Origin: Octopus bimaculoides
Lineage: Eukaryota
Reading direction: 5' to 3'
Length of the DNA stretch: 64,000 nucleotides
Assembly: GCF_001194135.2 (NCBI RefSeq)
Contig: NC_068995.1
Location: 43,128,571-43,192,570, forward strand
Shown here: positions 36,611 to 50,352 of the stretch, in pieces
Layout of the letters: each line of letters starts with the position of its first letter
Position numbering within the stretch: position 1 is the first letter of the stretch
Notes under the pieces: generated by a model
Database searches by the model: none
What the model was told of the DNA's origin: nothing
The model's input: the letters and a program-made list of their open reading frames with translations, nothing else
Translations under genes and position numbers: made by a program

Positions 36611-39129
36611 CATATATGTAGATAAATTTATACACACACGTACATACATATGTATGGAAGTATGTATGTGTATATATATGTGCGCATACATAAACATACG
36701 AACTAATAAAGTTAAACTAATAGAGAATTAAAACTATTTCAAAATAAGATGACAAAAAAAATTGTTGATCATAAAATCATTACTAAAAAATGTTTGAGAC
36801 TACATGAAAGACATCTATGCCTGATTTGTGCATTTTGAAGTGATATAGCCATGTGGAAATAATATTTCTAAACTTAACTTACAAAGCAGAACACAACTTA
36901 TATTACACCTAACAATATATATATATGTACAGTTAAAATATATTGCACGAACACCCGTATTTATGACCATGAAACCACAAACTTGTTATCAGGAGACGGA
37001 ATTGCAGACAAACAATGTAATAAATATATATTTTTTTAATGTAAAATGAAAACGTAAAATGCTACATCGAGCATTAGTATGACGTTTTATTGTCGGTTGA
37101 GCATGCATTTACAACAAGGAGACGTGATTGTATACAGCATTATAGACCACAAAATAATATTAGACAGCAAGAACAATACTTGTTTCCATTATGGAATCTC
37201 ATCTCATCCTATTCAAATAATAGATTCCATATCGAACCTTTATTAATAACAAAATTCAATCGAAATATGAGTGCAAATGTACAATATCCTTGAAATAAAT
37301 AATGCGATCTTTGTTATCAACAGACAGCTTTAAATCCGGCAAACCAGATTTTATTGCTTAAATCTTATTTCCTTGATTCATTGCTGCCTATTGTAAAATG
37401 CGGGGCAATGAGGTACCATTGTTTCAGCGTTATTAAAGAGATGGTGCTAAGGATTTCTTGAAGCATAAATCAACTTAGAGATGTATTGTGCATTGTGCCG
37501 AAATAATCTATTCAAATTTTAGGCATGTCTGTAAATACCAATTTGTAGGCGTTTTGTTTTATCTTAGTCAGGAATGTAACACTTTGCCTATAAACCTTCA
37601 AAATATCTCTGTAAGTACTGAGGGAGAGAAGGGGTAGAGAGGTAGAGAGATGGGGGAGAGGGAAATGGGAGAGAGGTGAGAGGAGAAGGGAGAGGGAGGA
37701 GTGGTGTCCTTAAACAGAAAATGTGGCTTCTTGAATAAGAGTGTTGTCTGCTAAATGTATCCAACGTGTCAACTACTGGTGTGGAGTAGCGTATTAAGTG
37801 TTGGACCTAAGTGTGGGATTTGAACTCAGTAGGTAAAGGGTCAGCGCATCGGATCCGACGTTCTAAAAAATTCGTCAATCCACCTCCATGAATGGTTATA
37901 TTTTTTATTGATCTTGAAATGATAGAAAGGAAATTAACCTCGGTGAGGTTTGAGCACAGAATGCAAAGTTGAAAAAAAACTCTGAGTGATTCAATATGGC
38001 TGTCTAAGGAATCTACCAGTTTTGCTCCTAATTATCGAAATATGGTTGTGTCTTTGCATGTGAGGAACAACGACAATAATTTTACGGGAAAATTGAAAAT
38101 ATATTCGGCACATGGAATTCGAAATAGGTCTTCTAAGACTGAAACAAGAGCACACGTGGGAATCCATTGTACTAATATTATTCAAATCCGAACAAACAGA
38201 ATGCAAAACGAATTTTATAAAACATTTAGCATGTTTCTCTGTCAGGAATTTAAAATTATAAAAATGCAAGAAAAAATTTTCAACATATGTCAATACGAGT
38301 AAATTGCTTGATTAAAGTGGATATTTTATTTTAATGCACGATGTTGTTCAAGGGTATTTTCATTGTCTTCAATTAAGTTTATAATGAAGTTTATATTTTC
38401 ATAATTAAATATTGGAGAATAGTTTTCCTGTACGTTTGGCAAATATTTCCTTTTAACATTTTCAGATAAGAACGCGCATTTTTAGTTGCAATATTAGCTT
38501 AAAATGCGCAAGAGTTCCGGCGGAAACGAAACGTGTTTCAGTATAAGAACAAGAACACAATTACATAACCTATGAATTCTTAAATTCATAAACCATCACC
38601 ATAGAAAAGTTTGTAAAATTTTATCTACTAATTAGCTAAATATATTGCCAATTAGAAACAGTTTTCTCAACGTAATTAACTTAACATAATAAATTCAGCC
38701 ACTAAACAATGTAGAAGTTTGTAAGTTTTATTTCATCAACAGAGAAGTAACCTCTTGCATATTGAAGCCGTACAATAGATACAATTATTCATTTTTATCG
38801 TGTAAGCACTAAATGCAAATACTTCATATTCTGCTTAATTGTTAGAGCCTCAGTGATTAAAATTATTAATTTAATTACGAGTATTCGTATGTTAAGTAAG
38901 GATTTCAGATGTTTCAATATGTTATCATTCATCATGTGTAGCCCCAAGACCGATCTACGTGTGAAAATCTAATTTTAAACATTTTATACAGTGACCAACT
39001 GCTATTTTCAGATTGAGCACGCTGAGCAACGTGCTCCCTACAGACGTGTATATACTTAATGTAATTTTCAAACAGAAATCGGATGACATTTAGGTGAAGG
39101 GAGCTGGGTCATTGAATTTCTGGCACAAT

Positions 39130-39300
39130 ATTTTCCGACGGGATTCTACACAGTTTCTCTCGACACATTTTAAGTCATACGACATGACACGACCCGAGTC
39201 TTCTTTATTATGCTTTGTTCAAGATGCCGTCATTGGTATCGAGCATAGAGAGTTATGCCTGCCAGCAAACTTCTAAACCTCTCGGCCATGTCTACATCTA
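39130..39300 (-). mobile_element. Degenerate SINE-B head and core
   Basis: The reverse complement reads gacatggccgagaggtttagaagtttgct...ctcgggtcg...gagaaactgtgtagaatcccgtcg. Confidence 0.5.
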
Positions 39301-39828
39301 GACATACACACGCACGCACACAGTCACACATACAGAGAAACAATACTCACTCTCACAAAAACACACATACACGTAAATATGTTGTGTGCCTTTTCGTGTG
39401 CTTTTTGTATTTCATATGTATGTAACTGTGTGTTTTGTATATAAATGTGTATGTGTAACAGCCTGTTCGTGTGTGCATGAATATACGTATGAGCCTGTAT
39501 GTAAAAATATGCGAATGTGTGTGTGTGTGTATGTTTGCCGTTGGTGTGGGGTGAATACGTGTGAGTATTAGTTGAGTTTTCTCTTTTAGATTGGTTTACA
39601 AACTTTTTAATGTACTTCTTCTTCACTGACCTTTCAACATAAACAAACAGATGGACATTAAGATTACGATAAGGATAGACTATTAAATATACGCTGAAAG
39701 AAATCGATTTAGAGAAAATGCGACATTGTCGAATCAAAGCATTAGATACCTACGTTACATATACGCAAAAAAATATACTAATATTCAAATGCGTGTGCGT
39801 GTATACATGTCTATCTATCAATATCTAC

Positions 39829-39863
<35 letters not shown>

Positions 39864-39998
39864 CGTGCCAGTGTGTATTGATATATATACACATAAAAAT
39901 ATACAAACATGTATATATGCATTTATATGTATGTGTGTATATAAACACATACTTTATATATATATATATGAGAAACTGAGGGAGGGGTAAGATTGATT

Positions 39999-40083
<85 letters not shown>

Positions 40084-41386
40084 GTTTGCAATAAATATGT
40101 GTGCGACTTTGTGCGTCTGTGAGTATGTGCGTGTGTCTTTTCCATTCAAGTATTTAAAAATTATAATCAAACAATATGTAGGTAATTTGATTCCGTCTGT
40201 GTATCAAATTTTAAAACAAATATACTTTATTTTCTCTTTTATTCTTCCTTTCTTTCTCTTTCTCCTTGTATTCTCCTCCCTCTTTATCTCTTTTTCCCTA
40301 TTATCTCGCACAACACTTGTAACGTAACCAAAGGGAAAATCAGATGAACCAAAATACATTCATACTATTGATAGAGTGAAAAGCTAAACAGTAATATTTA
40401 TTTAGGAATCAAAGCTACAAACTCAATTAGCTCTTGACCTAAACTCTATTGCTTTATAAACTATGTGTAAGAGAATATTGCCTGAACACTTTAAATTCTT
40501 CACTCGACCAATTAGCTCCCATACATTCCAATAAAATTCAAACCCATTTACGAAATATATATTTATTTACCTAAGTGGGTTTGTTATGTTATATCTGTTT
40601 TCGTATACCAATGATGACTTCGCTTTACAATGGACTTGTAATTACTGAACAGTGTTCATGAGATATATATGTGTGTGTGTGTGTGAGTGCATGTATATGT
40701 GTGGGTGCGTGCGTGTTTGTGCACGCGCTAGAGCGTGTAAAGGAATCGTACTCAGTGTGTTCGCCCGCGTGTAGAACTTCAGAAGATTCATAGTGCACGC
40801 GCGAAATAGAAGGGCAACAATTTAGTACTCGGGCGGATAGAATTCTTCAGCTACAATTCTTAATCAGACTCGTGTACTCCAGAAACAGGTGAATTTGTTA
40901 TAAGAAACACAAAACTTGACCGGATGTCATCAAATAAAGATAAATCAACATTTACAGGAGTAATCATTGCAGTTGTAACATAGCATGTACACTTCGAGTA
41001 TATCTCTGCAGCTGTTTGGAATATTCAGTGAATAATTATTGTAATAAATATTATACCGGCATATGCACATATTTGTATTTTGTGGTCAAATCATTTAAAC
41101 TTATCCGCCGAGACTGACTTTGCCTTTCGTCGTTTTGGAGGTCGATAAAATTATTACTAGTAATTGACTGTGCCATAAATTGGAAACTAATGTTATTCAA
41201 ACATATATAGCGTAAAAGTATTATCAATACGCATGAGTTTTGTTACACGTAAACCTTCGTGAAATAAACACAGAATATTCTGTAGATATTCTTGTGTTCT
41301 TTTATTCTTTCATTTGCTTCAGCCATTTGACTGTGGATATGCTGGAGCACTACCTTGGTATAACATTTCATAAATGAGTTTTTCTA

Positions 41387-41431
<45 letters not shown>

Positions 41432-41531
41432 GTATGTAACTGTCTGTGAGTGCGTGTGTGCTAACAATGATGGGATAAGATAAACATGCCTATATAGGGA
41501 GTAGTCAACATTTCAATATTGAAAATCATCC

Positions 41532-41744
41532 AAGGCGGTGAGATGGAAGAATTGTTGGCACACTGGGCGAAATGCGTAGCGATATTTCATTTGTCCTTTC
41601 GTTGTGAGTTCAAATTCCACCGAGGTCGACTGTGCCTTTCATCATTTCGGGGTCGATAAATTAAGAATCAGTTGCGTACTGGGGTCGATCTAATCGACTA
41701 GTCTCTCCCCAAAAATTTCGGCCCTTGGGCCTAGAGCAGAAAAT
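41532..41744 (+). mobile_element. Full-length SINE-A with a 17-bp target-site duplication
   Basis: aaggcggtgagatggaagaattg...gagttcaaattccaccgaggtcgac...ggggtcgat...aaaatttcggcccttgggcctagagcagaaaat, flanked by identical aatattgaaaatcatcc at 41515-41531 and 41745-41761. Confidence 0.92.
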
Positions 41745-42994
41745 AATATTGAAAATCATCCTGTCCTGACGTCTTGTCCGTTTCTGCAAGACCAATCCCT
41801 TTTCGCCACTGGTCCTTATCTGCATTAACGTCAGCGGGGTCATTAAACCAAACATTACATCAGGCAAGATTTACATTAATAAAAAAAATATATTTTCCTG
41901 AATATTTTCTTTCCTCAAAACATATCTATTTAAAACATATGTTCAAAGAATATTCAGTTTATATATGAGTGTAAAATATATCTCGCAGAGAAATTTTGTC
42001 CTCTTGTGTATAGCTGTCCATTACTGCCTTTTAAAGAATAGGAATTCCAACAATAACTCGTACAGCGACAGATGTTTACCATTTTCCCGCTATTGTTACT
42101 GTCTCAGCGTTACCATTCTAGCACAGTATTATTTCAATGGAAGCTTTGAAAAGCAGGATATTAATTCCATCATTGATAAATTCTAAAATGTCGGATTCAA
42201 CTTTTGCTAATTTGTCTTTCTGTATAGAGGTTGTATTTATATAGTTCCCTGCCCCTTGCTGAGTTAAATCCAATATAATAAACATCTGTGAGAAAGAGGC
42301 AGTTCAACTCTTGGTATTGATACAGTACAATACCGGAGATAAGTCTATGAATATCGTCCACGTCTCAATAATTAAATCAACAGTTTATCCAGGAAATTTT
42401 ACGGTATAAATTCATTGAATAATCATATCAAGATTAAAGCTGTTTATTCCTCTTATTGCAGAGATATACATCTCACATAATACATAACAATTGCGAAGTA
42501 TGCGTCGTTAAAGCATGCGAGAAAGTGCTTCGCTTGCATTACTAGTGTCAAGCATACGAACATAAACATAGAATTATTGCTGACTGATGACGGTTCAATA
42601 ACATTAGATAATGCGGTGTCATGAAATCTGTCTCACTTTTGATTGAACACAGTAAAATGACACATTTTTACGTTTATATTTGATATCTCGTAAATTTATT
42701 TCATTTATGAATGCAGTGATCCCATAAAAGTCTTTATTATGAAAACTAAATAATGCTGGTAATTTGCATTATCGATTATTGTATATAATAACGGTTAAGA
42801 GAGAATTTAGAAATCCTTGGACAGTTAGAATGTATTAACTGCAACAAGTATTATACAATGAAATATTTCAGAAAACTTCAGAGCCATTATAAGATTATGT
42901 TCCAAAGAGCTGCATATATCAATGCACGTAATGAAATATTCGTTCAGATGGTTTTCTATTTGCTATACATACATACAAATATATACGTATATCT

Positions 42995-43850
42995 CATATC
43001 ATCTAGGTCGTCCCATAGGACGCCTCAATACTGTCTCCACACGTTCGTCCTATTCATATCGATCTTCCATAATGGTCCTCAGCTCCTGTACCCCTTCCAT
43101 ACCAGCATCCTCCAGCAAGTTGTCGATATAGGTCGTCTTCCTTATAGCCTTCCAGCTAGTCTAATCTTTCTATGCTATATCTTCAATGTTATTTTTGGTA
43201 GTCTCTGGTATAAGTCGGCGTTTTTTTGTTTGACTCTTCCAGCAGACATTGAGAGCCATTCTAAGCATCCTCGTATGACAATCCGTCCAAGTGTTTCTTC
43301 AATGCTTTAGTCAGCGTCTATGTTTCAGCCCGGTATAGAAGAAAAGACTCCACTGTTGCCAGAAACAGTATCACTTTCGATTTCCTTGCTAACTTTGACT
43401 CCATACCTTTCTCAGTTTATGGCACGCGCTCCAGGCAAGAGCTTTCCTTGCTACGATCACTTTTTCAGTACTTTGTGTCTGCGCACCAAGGTATTTCAAA
43501 TTTTCAACTACCTTCAGTGACTTCCCATCTCTCACTTTCACTAACACAGACATTTCATGGTTGAATATTTGCAACTCTGTTTTGTTTGCATTACAGAACA
43601 ATCCTAACTTCCCCGATTCCTGCTCTAATCTGCTCAGCACCTCCTGCGCCTGATTGCCTGATCTGTCCTCTCTGTTAGTAATGCCAGGTCATCAGCATAT
43701 TCTAGGTCAGTTACTATTACTGTTTGATGCCATCTACTTCTTTGCCTATGCAGTTTGAATCCCGGTTTTTCTTCCTTGCCCTCATACGTTCTACACATTA
43801 CATAGTCCAGAACGATGGTGCAAAGATACGATGTTACCGTGTCGCCCTTA
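42995..43850 (-). mobile_element. 5'-truncated RTE-clade LINE: RT C-terminal part to the 3' end
   Basis: KGDTVTSYLCTIVLDYVM...RSRWHQTVIVTDLEYADDLALL (YADD box), then LSRLEQESGKLGLFCNANKTE...VENLKYLG...RKALAWSACHKLRKVW, continuing to LEDAGMEGVQELRTIMEDR. Frameshifted. Confidence 0.9.
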
Positions 43851-43965
43851 TATATNNNNNNNNNNNNNNNNNNNNNNNNNNNNNNNNNNNNNNNNNNNNN
43901 NNNNNNNNNNNNNNNNNNNNNNNNNNNNNNNNNNNNNNNNNNNNNNNNNNNNNNNNNNNNNNNNN

Positions 43966-44051
<86 letters not shown>

Positions 44052-44065
44052 CATATGTATAAATA

Positions 44066-44208
44066 CAGCTTGTTTCAGTTTCCGCCTACCAAATCTGTTC
44101 ACAAAGATTTTGTCGACCCGACTCTATAGTAGAGATCAGTTGCCCAAAGTTCCACATAGGGAGACTGAACTCGGAACCATGTTAGCACACAGCCACGACT
44201 GCGCCTAT
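44066..44208 (-). mobile_element. SINE-B head and core abutting (CA)n(TA)n
   Basis: ttcagtttccgcctaccaaatctgttcacaaag...ttgcccaaag...ctgaactcggaaccatg...acacagccacgactgcgcc is the reverse complement of 35281-35445. Confidence 0.8.
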
Positions 44209-45277
44209 TGATGCATCCATAACCTTTATTAATAACTTAATGTCAGATAAGTTTTAATTGTTGCACAAAAAGTAACTTGTAATCGATGTGTTGACTACTA
44301 AAGGTAGTCAACAGCCGAGGAGGCATTAATTCCGTCACTGGATCCGACACAATCAATTTAATGTAGCTTCGTTGTAGCCAATAACGAAATTTTGATGTCT
44401 TCATCTCTGAGACCGACACCAGAGACGGCGTCTGTGAAATTCCAAAAAATGCAACTCTTCGAATGTGTTAATATGAATATTAAAGCTCTACGTTAGATTT
44501 TAGTGCACCTACACACCTTTTCATACAAGTATTCTCACGCAGATACTCCTGCATGCACACACACACACACTCACACACACACACTCACACACACAAACTC
44601 ACATACACACATATACACGGACTCACACCGAAATTATGTAAATGTACAAGCTATAGGAATTTTGCAGCTAAGTTGAATAAAAAAATAATAATAATGGCTC
44701 CGCAGTAGCTTGATACAGTTATTTTCTATGATTCCCTATTCCTCAAAATTCCAATTGCTACTGTACTTGCCCAATAAACAGGGACAGCTTTGCTTTTTTA
44801 TCTAAATAAATGCATGGGTTTTGTGTATCGGTACTGGAATACATTTTGGGTGAGTCTAAATGTTCTCTTTTACTGCTGTATAACTTGCACATCAATTATT
44901 CCAAGATCACGTTGTGCTAAATGGACAATTTGCAGTATGGATAACATCCGTGTTCAAATGGTTTCGTTTGAGTTTAGTGATGCATTAGACTTCGATCGGC
45001 TTTGTCACCACCTCTATCCAGGAAATAGTACATGGTTTGCAGTTTTGTTTCATAACTCAGATGTTTATTGCCACTGTATGCATAATGAATGAAGAAGAAA
45101 ATGAAATTTAAATCTCGGTTTTGTTAACATCGCCCGACCCGAGGAGACTAATATTAAAATATTCATTTCGAAACATCTAGCAATTCAACAAATACTATTG
45201 TTTCGAGCGATATATAGTTGTCTGTATGATGCATGCACACAGAAAAACACATAATCACTCACACAAACACAAACCTA

Positions 45278-45332
<55 letters not shown>

Positions 45333-45654
45333 TTACATAAACATGCGTATTTGTGAACGTGTGTTTATAGAACTCTATGTGTATAGGCATGTGGTATTTG
45401 TGTGTATGTATGTGTATGCGTGTGTAAGTGTTTGTGGATGTATACATTAAGAAACAATCGAGAATGACACATTGAGAGTACAGGGAAATTAATTATATTT
45501 CTTTGTCAAACATCAACCGAATTAATTACAGGTTAATTTTTTGCAAGACAGCAATTACGATGGCCAAATTTTAATGTCTTCAGACTGACATCGTGTAACA
45601 CAAAAGCGGAAGGTTATGTGCTTTGGTAGTTTTAATGCATCTCTGATGTTACTG

Positions 45655-45775
45655 ATGCTGGTGGTGGTGGTAGCGGTGGTGGTGATGATGATGACGATGA
45701 TAATGACGATGAGTCCAATGATGACGATAATGGTGACGATGATGACGATGATGACGATCATGGCGATGAAGATTA
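45655..45775. repeat. GGT/GAT/GAC trinucleotide mosaic
   Basis: Direct inspection. Confidence 0.9.
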
Positions 45776-46177
45776 TGCAACTTTGATAATAACGTAAACT
45801 GATGAGCTTGATTTTAAATATTATGCGTAATATATGAAAAGAGCTTGCTAGAAGGACGAGGATAGGATAGGGATATCAAGATGACATGATCTTGTAACGT
45901 GTAAGTATGTATCTATGCGTTTAATTATTATAACGTGTGTAAATATGCATTTGCAACGTTATACTCTCATGTGTAAGTGTGTGTGTATGTGTGTACGTAT
46001 GTTAGCATGTATGATATTTCCAAAAAGTCTATTGCGCAAATAAGGGCGAGAAAGAAAGCAAAAATAAAAAGAGGGTGGGAATGAAATTATAAGCCGTCGA
46101 TAGACCTATCTGAAATAGCAGCTAAATTCCCATGAAATTTCACCCTACTATGGCAGCAGTTATGCATTGTGTACTTT

Positions 46178-46512
46178 AGTGATGACGCATGGCTCAGTGA
46201 TAACGGATTCGGGTTCATAATTATGAGGTGGTAAGTTCGATTCCCAGACCGGACTCTGTGTTGTGTTCTTAAGCGTGTTCCTTTATTTCACGTTGCTCCA
46301 GTTCACTCAGCTGTAGAAATAATTTGCGGTGTCACTGGTGCCAAGCTGTATTGGCCTTTACCTTTCCCTTGGATAACATCAGTGGCGCGGAGAAGGGAGA
46401 CTGGCATTCAGGCGACCAGCGACTGCTGGTCTTTCATAAGCAAACTTTTCCAGACTTCTGCCTCGGAGGATAACTTCTTAGGTGCAATACCATGGTCATT
46501 CATGATCGTATG
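46178..46512 (+). mobile_element. SINE-C (tRNA-derived) near full-length copy
   Basis: A-box-like tggctcagtg and B-box-like gttcgattcc; collinear with 60101-60437 (cacgttgctccagttcactcagctgtagaaat...gcgactgctggtctt). Confidence 0.85.
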
Positions 46513-46709
46513 AGCCTTTATTTATGCAAAGCACTACAACGATTTTCAGCACTAGAAAGGGGTTCGATAAATGTATTTCAAGTTAAGGAACATCAAACAT
46601 AAGAGCGTATGGTCCCAAATATACCGTCAAGGGCACGGAAGACAGCAAGACATAAAACAATGAGGTACGTATTTAGATTCCGTCAGTTTTGAATGTAATT
46701 ATGCTAATC

Positions 46710-46845
46710 TCTGCTACTCGTCGGCTTTGAGAATAATCCCTTCCAGATGATGTGTATACAACTCCCTCGATTCATGTTGGTGAGGGTAATTCAACATTCT
46801 CGGGTAGTTCGATAAGTTTCTTCTTCGTCAGACAGAGGTAGCGTG
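46710..46845 (-). mobile_element. Probable Penelope-like GIY-YIG endonuclease C-terminal fragment
   Basis: LSDEEETYRTTREC*ITLTNMNRGSCIHIIWKGLF resembles the L..E..Y.R..REA.EI....NMNR..G..L...WK.L terminus of PLE ORFs. Confidence 0.45.
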
Positions 46846-47836
46846 TATTAATGCGCGAATATACATCCAATGACAAACGTATATATATATATATATATAT
46901 ATACATACATTTATGCACTATATATCAACAGACATGGTTGTAAATAAATATGTAAATATATGTCACCATATTAATGTATAAAGCGCATTTTACTATCTTC
47001 TTTAGGTTGTTTAATGTAGAAGAGTAATGCAAAATTCGACATGTGTTTGATTCAAACAAATGATATTAGTTTTAAAAATGATATCGAATAAAACATAGTA
47101 TAAAATTCCTTGAAAATTCCTTCGACATAGATTTGCATTTACTGTTTGTTTAATATAAAATGGCGGCATCAAAAATAACATGGATGACAAATAACAAAAA
47201 TTGGCTGAATTCATATTTTGAATAGTTTTTATAATATTTGTTTAGCGAAATAATGTAAATAATTGCAGTGTAATGAATAATGATGTGTATAAAATAATGA
47301 TTTCGTCTGAAAACAATGGGCGGACTCCATTTGAAATATTATTGAACAGTTCAATTGTATTATTAGTATTGCTGCGTCCACGGAGGCTATAACAATACAG
47401 CAGGATGTCGGTGAAAGATCCACCAACTTTTCTGTCTCTGATCGAAATCATTCTAAATTCAGAAAGAAAATACAAAAAATTATGTTCATTTTCCATATAT
47501 TTAGAATGGTTGTATGATTTCCTGAAGTGTCCGATGCAACGCAGGAATTTCGTTATTTATTTAGCATGAGTTTGACTTATAGTAGTAGTTATAGCGCGCG
47601 CGCGCACACACACACCGTCACAAATACACACACTCATATGTATATGAATATATACATTTATATATTCACTTATATGAATCAAATATTAAGAAATCCGGGA
47701 AACTCAAGACGGCTTCATGTGATGTAAGCATAATAGCAATGAATAGTTTATATACACAGATTTATTACTTTAGCAGAGGAAATCTGCTTGAGCTTCTGAA
47801 GAGCTGTTGAATTAGTAAAAGCTAAATTATTAAATA

Positions 47837-47898
<62 letters not shown>

Positions 47899-48305
47899 CA
47901 TACATATACATATATATGTATATACATATACATATATATAGAGAGAGAGGTAGAGGGAGAAAGACAGTGAGAGAGAGAGCGAGAGAAAGACAGAGAGAGG
48001 AGAGAGGGCGAGAGCAGGCGAGAGATTGGGAGATATATACATACTTAGGAACATACATACATATATACATACATACATACAGTCATACATTTAAAACGCT
48101 CTGATAACGTTCACGGCCCGTGAGTTTGTGTCTGGCATTGGTTTTAAATTGATGCATTATGGGCCTAGGCTAAATATCATAACAGAGTCTGCACCAATAT
48201 CATGAGAAACAGAGGATACAGAAAAACATAAAAATGAATGTCCCGCGTAATATGCATACATGCACACACATACACACACGCGCACGCACACACAACTATA
48301 CGTGT

Positions 48306-48355
<50 letters not shown>

Positions 48356-50149
48356 NNNNNNNNNNATATATATGTATATACACACGCAAGTCGATTGATA
48401 CACATACACATACATGTGTGTGTGTGTATGTTAACTTATATATATATATATGAATTTGTGTATGAGTGCGTGTGTGTGTTTTGTGTTCGTGTGTGTGTAT
48501 ACATGAATACATATACATACAAATACTAAACTGAGTCGAGACTATTTTTCCGTTATCTTCATATGCATGTATACAAGTGTGTGCTGTGCATTTATGCATA
48601 GGGTATGTAGGTATGTATGTATCTATGTATGTAAGTATGTATGTATGTGTAAATGCTACTCTCTGTCTTAAGATTTAGATGTAACATCATTATACGAGTT
48701 ACACATATTTGTAGTTCCCAACTTTAGAACAAATGATTTTTTGTTGTTTTCCTTTTAATCGACGTTTCCGTTCTGTATTGAATCTGTTCCTTCATCGTTC
48801 AATCGTTTCTCTTCCGAAGTAATTTTAAACAATGCTTTCAATCGTATTGCACTATTAAAATTGTGATGAATCAGAAAAGGTTCAGCAACCTATGAAGTTA
48901 ATGTTTTATTGATATTCTTTGACGTCTGGATCCCAGCCAAATTTTTTCTTCAAAACAATCTTTTAAACAACAAAGTCATGCGTCAAAATATAATTTACAG
49001 TTCAGTCGACTCAGTTCCAAATATAACAAAGTTTATTTCTTATGTGCAAGTTTAAAAGTCGCTGGGATGGTGTGTGTGTGATGATTAATATTGTCCATCA
49101 GTTTAGAGGCGAGGAAATAAATGCTTCACAAAAAAAAAATATTTTTCCTTCATAAATTGCGAATCTTCCTCTCTGACGTTTCTTTAAAAGTCACCTTGTA
49201 CACACACACACACACATACACACACACACACACACATACGTATATGTATATAGGTAACCTGTGTATAAATACAAAACGTAACAACTAGAACAGCTTCAAA
49301 TGATGCCTCCATTTTCGCTTTGAGTTCAAGAGCTCACATCAAATAATTTGCACAACAAATTCGAGATAACGCCACCAGCTTATTTTGTTGAGTATGATGG
49401 AAAGTGTTGGCTGTCCACAGCCAGCAGACACTTGTTCACTGGTCATGACTCAAGAATCCTGCGAAGAATAGTTGCAATTCTAAGCCATTATTTTAAAAAA
49501 CATTTACAGTTACTGATTTCTATCAATGTAGTGCTATCTTTAATGCATGGAGACACTGACGAGAACATTTGCCCCGGAGAACATTTGCCCACAGATCCTA
49601 GGACCTTATACTAATCTATGCTGATGTTCACTATAAAGGAACCAGAAGGTATTACTTTATCTGGGTACCTATATATTTAGACCCTCTACTCTGTCGGAGC
49701 GAGAATAATGTGGTATCTCAGATTACTCACTGAAGATATATGTTTCTTTTCCTTACTAAAGTGAAGTGAAGACGGATGTAAATAATTCTTGCTGGTAACT
49801 GGTCCAAAACAAAGGTATAAACAAAACGATCGATTTTGATTGAAGCCAACAGCAATCAGTTTGTAAGTAGAGGCACGTGGTTCATATGTCGAACTTAACT
49901 CATTATTCCTAAACTTTTTGACTGTCTATCGTAATTTGCTCACCAATTAGCATTTGCTACAGGCTTGTTGAATATTTTAGCCTCGCAAGTATTATTCAAA
50001 TTAGAAATAACTTTCATATTAGTTTCAGCTTCATTAGTATAACTTTCATATAATGATAATGAAAGAAACCTGTAAGAACATTGTAGAGATTTATTAGAGA
50101 TAAATATATTAAAGATTTGAAGTTATCCTGCAGTTTGGTTTCAGATTTA

Positions 50150-50352
50150 GACACAATGCCACCAATATCAAGGGAAACGGGTCGGTTTAGTATATCGGTC
50201 CAAGAATTTAACTGTTACTTCATTTATCAACCCCGAAAGGGTGAAAGGCAAAGTCGACCCCGACATAATTTAAACTCAGAACATAAAGACTATTGAAATG
50301 CCACTAAGCAGTTTGTCTGACGTGCTTACGATTCTGCCAGTTCGTCGTCTTG
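50150..50352 (-). mobile_element. SINE-A copy
   Basis: ttatcaaccccgaaagggtgaaaggcaaagtcgacccc...aactcagaac...aaatgccactaagc...acgattctgccagttcgtcgtctt. Confidence 0.75.

Noticed and set aside
41761-41860. Protein-like minus frame CNVWFNDPADVNADKDQWRKGIGLAETDKTSGQDDFQY
   Set aside because: It is bounded by stops even after removing the SINE, has no splice signals, and is possibly a LINE 3' relic.
44790-45092. 100-aa Cys/Trp-rich plus-strand ORF
   Set aside because: It starts at TTG, has no recognisable motif or clear splice sites, and cannot be supported as coding.
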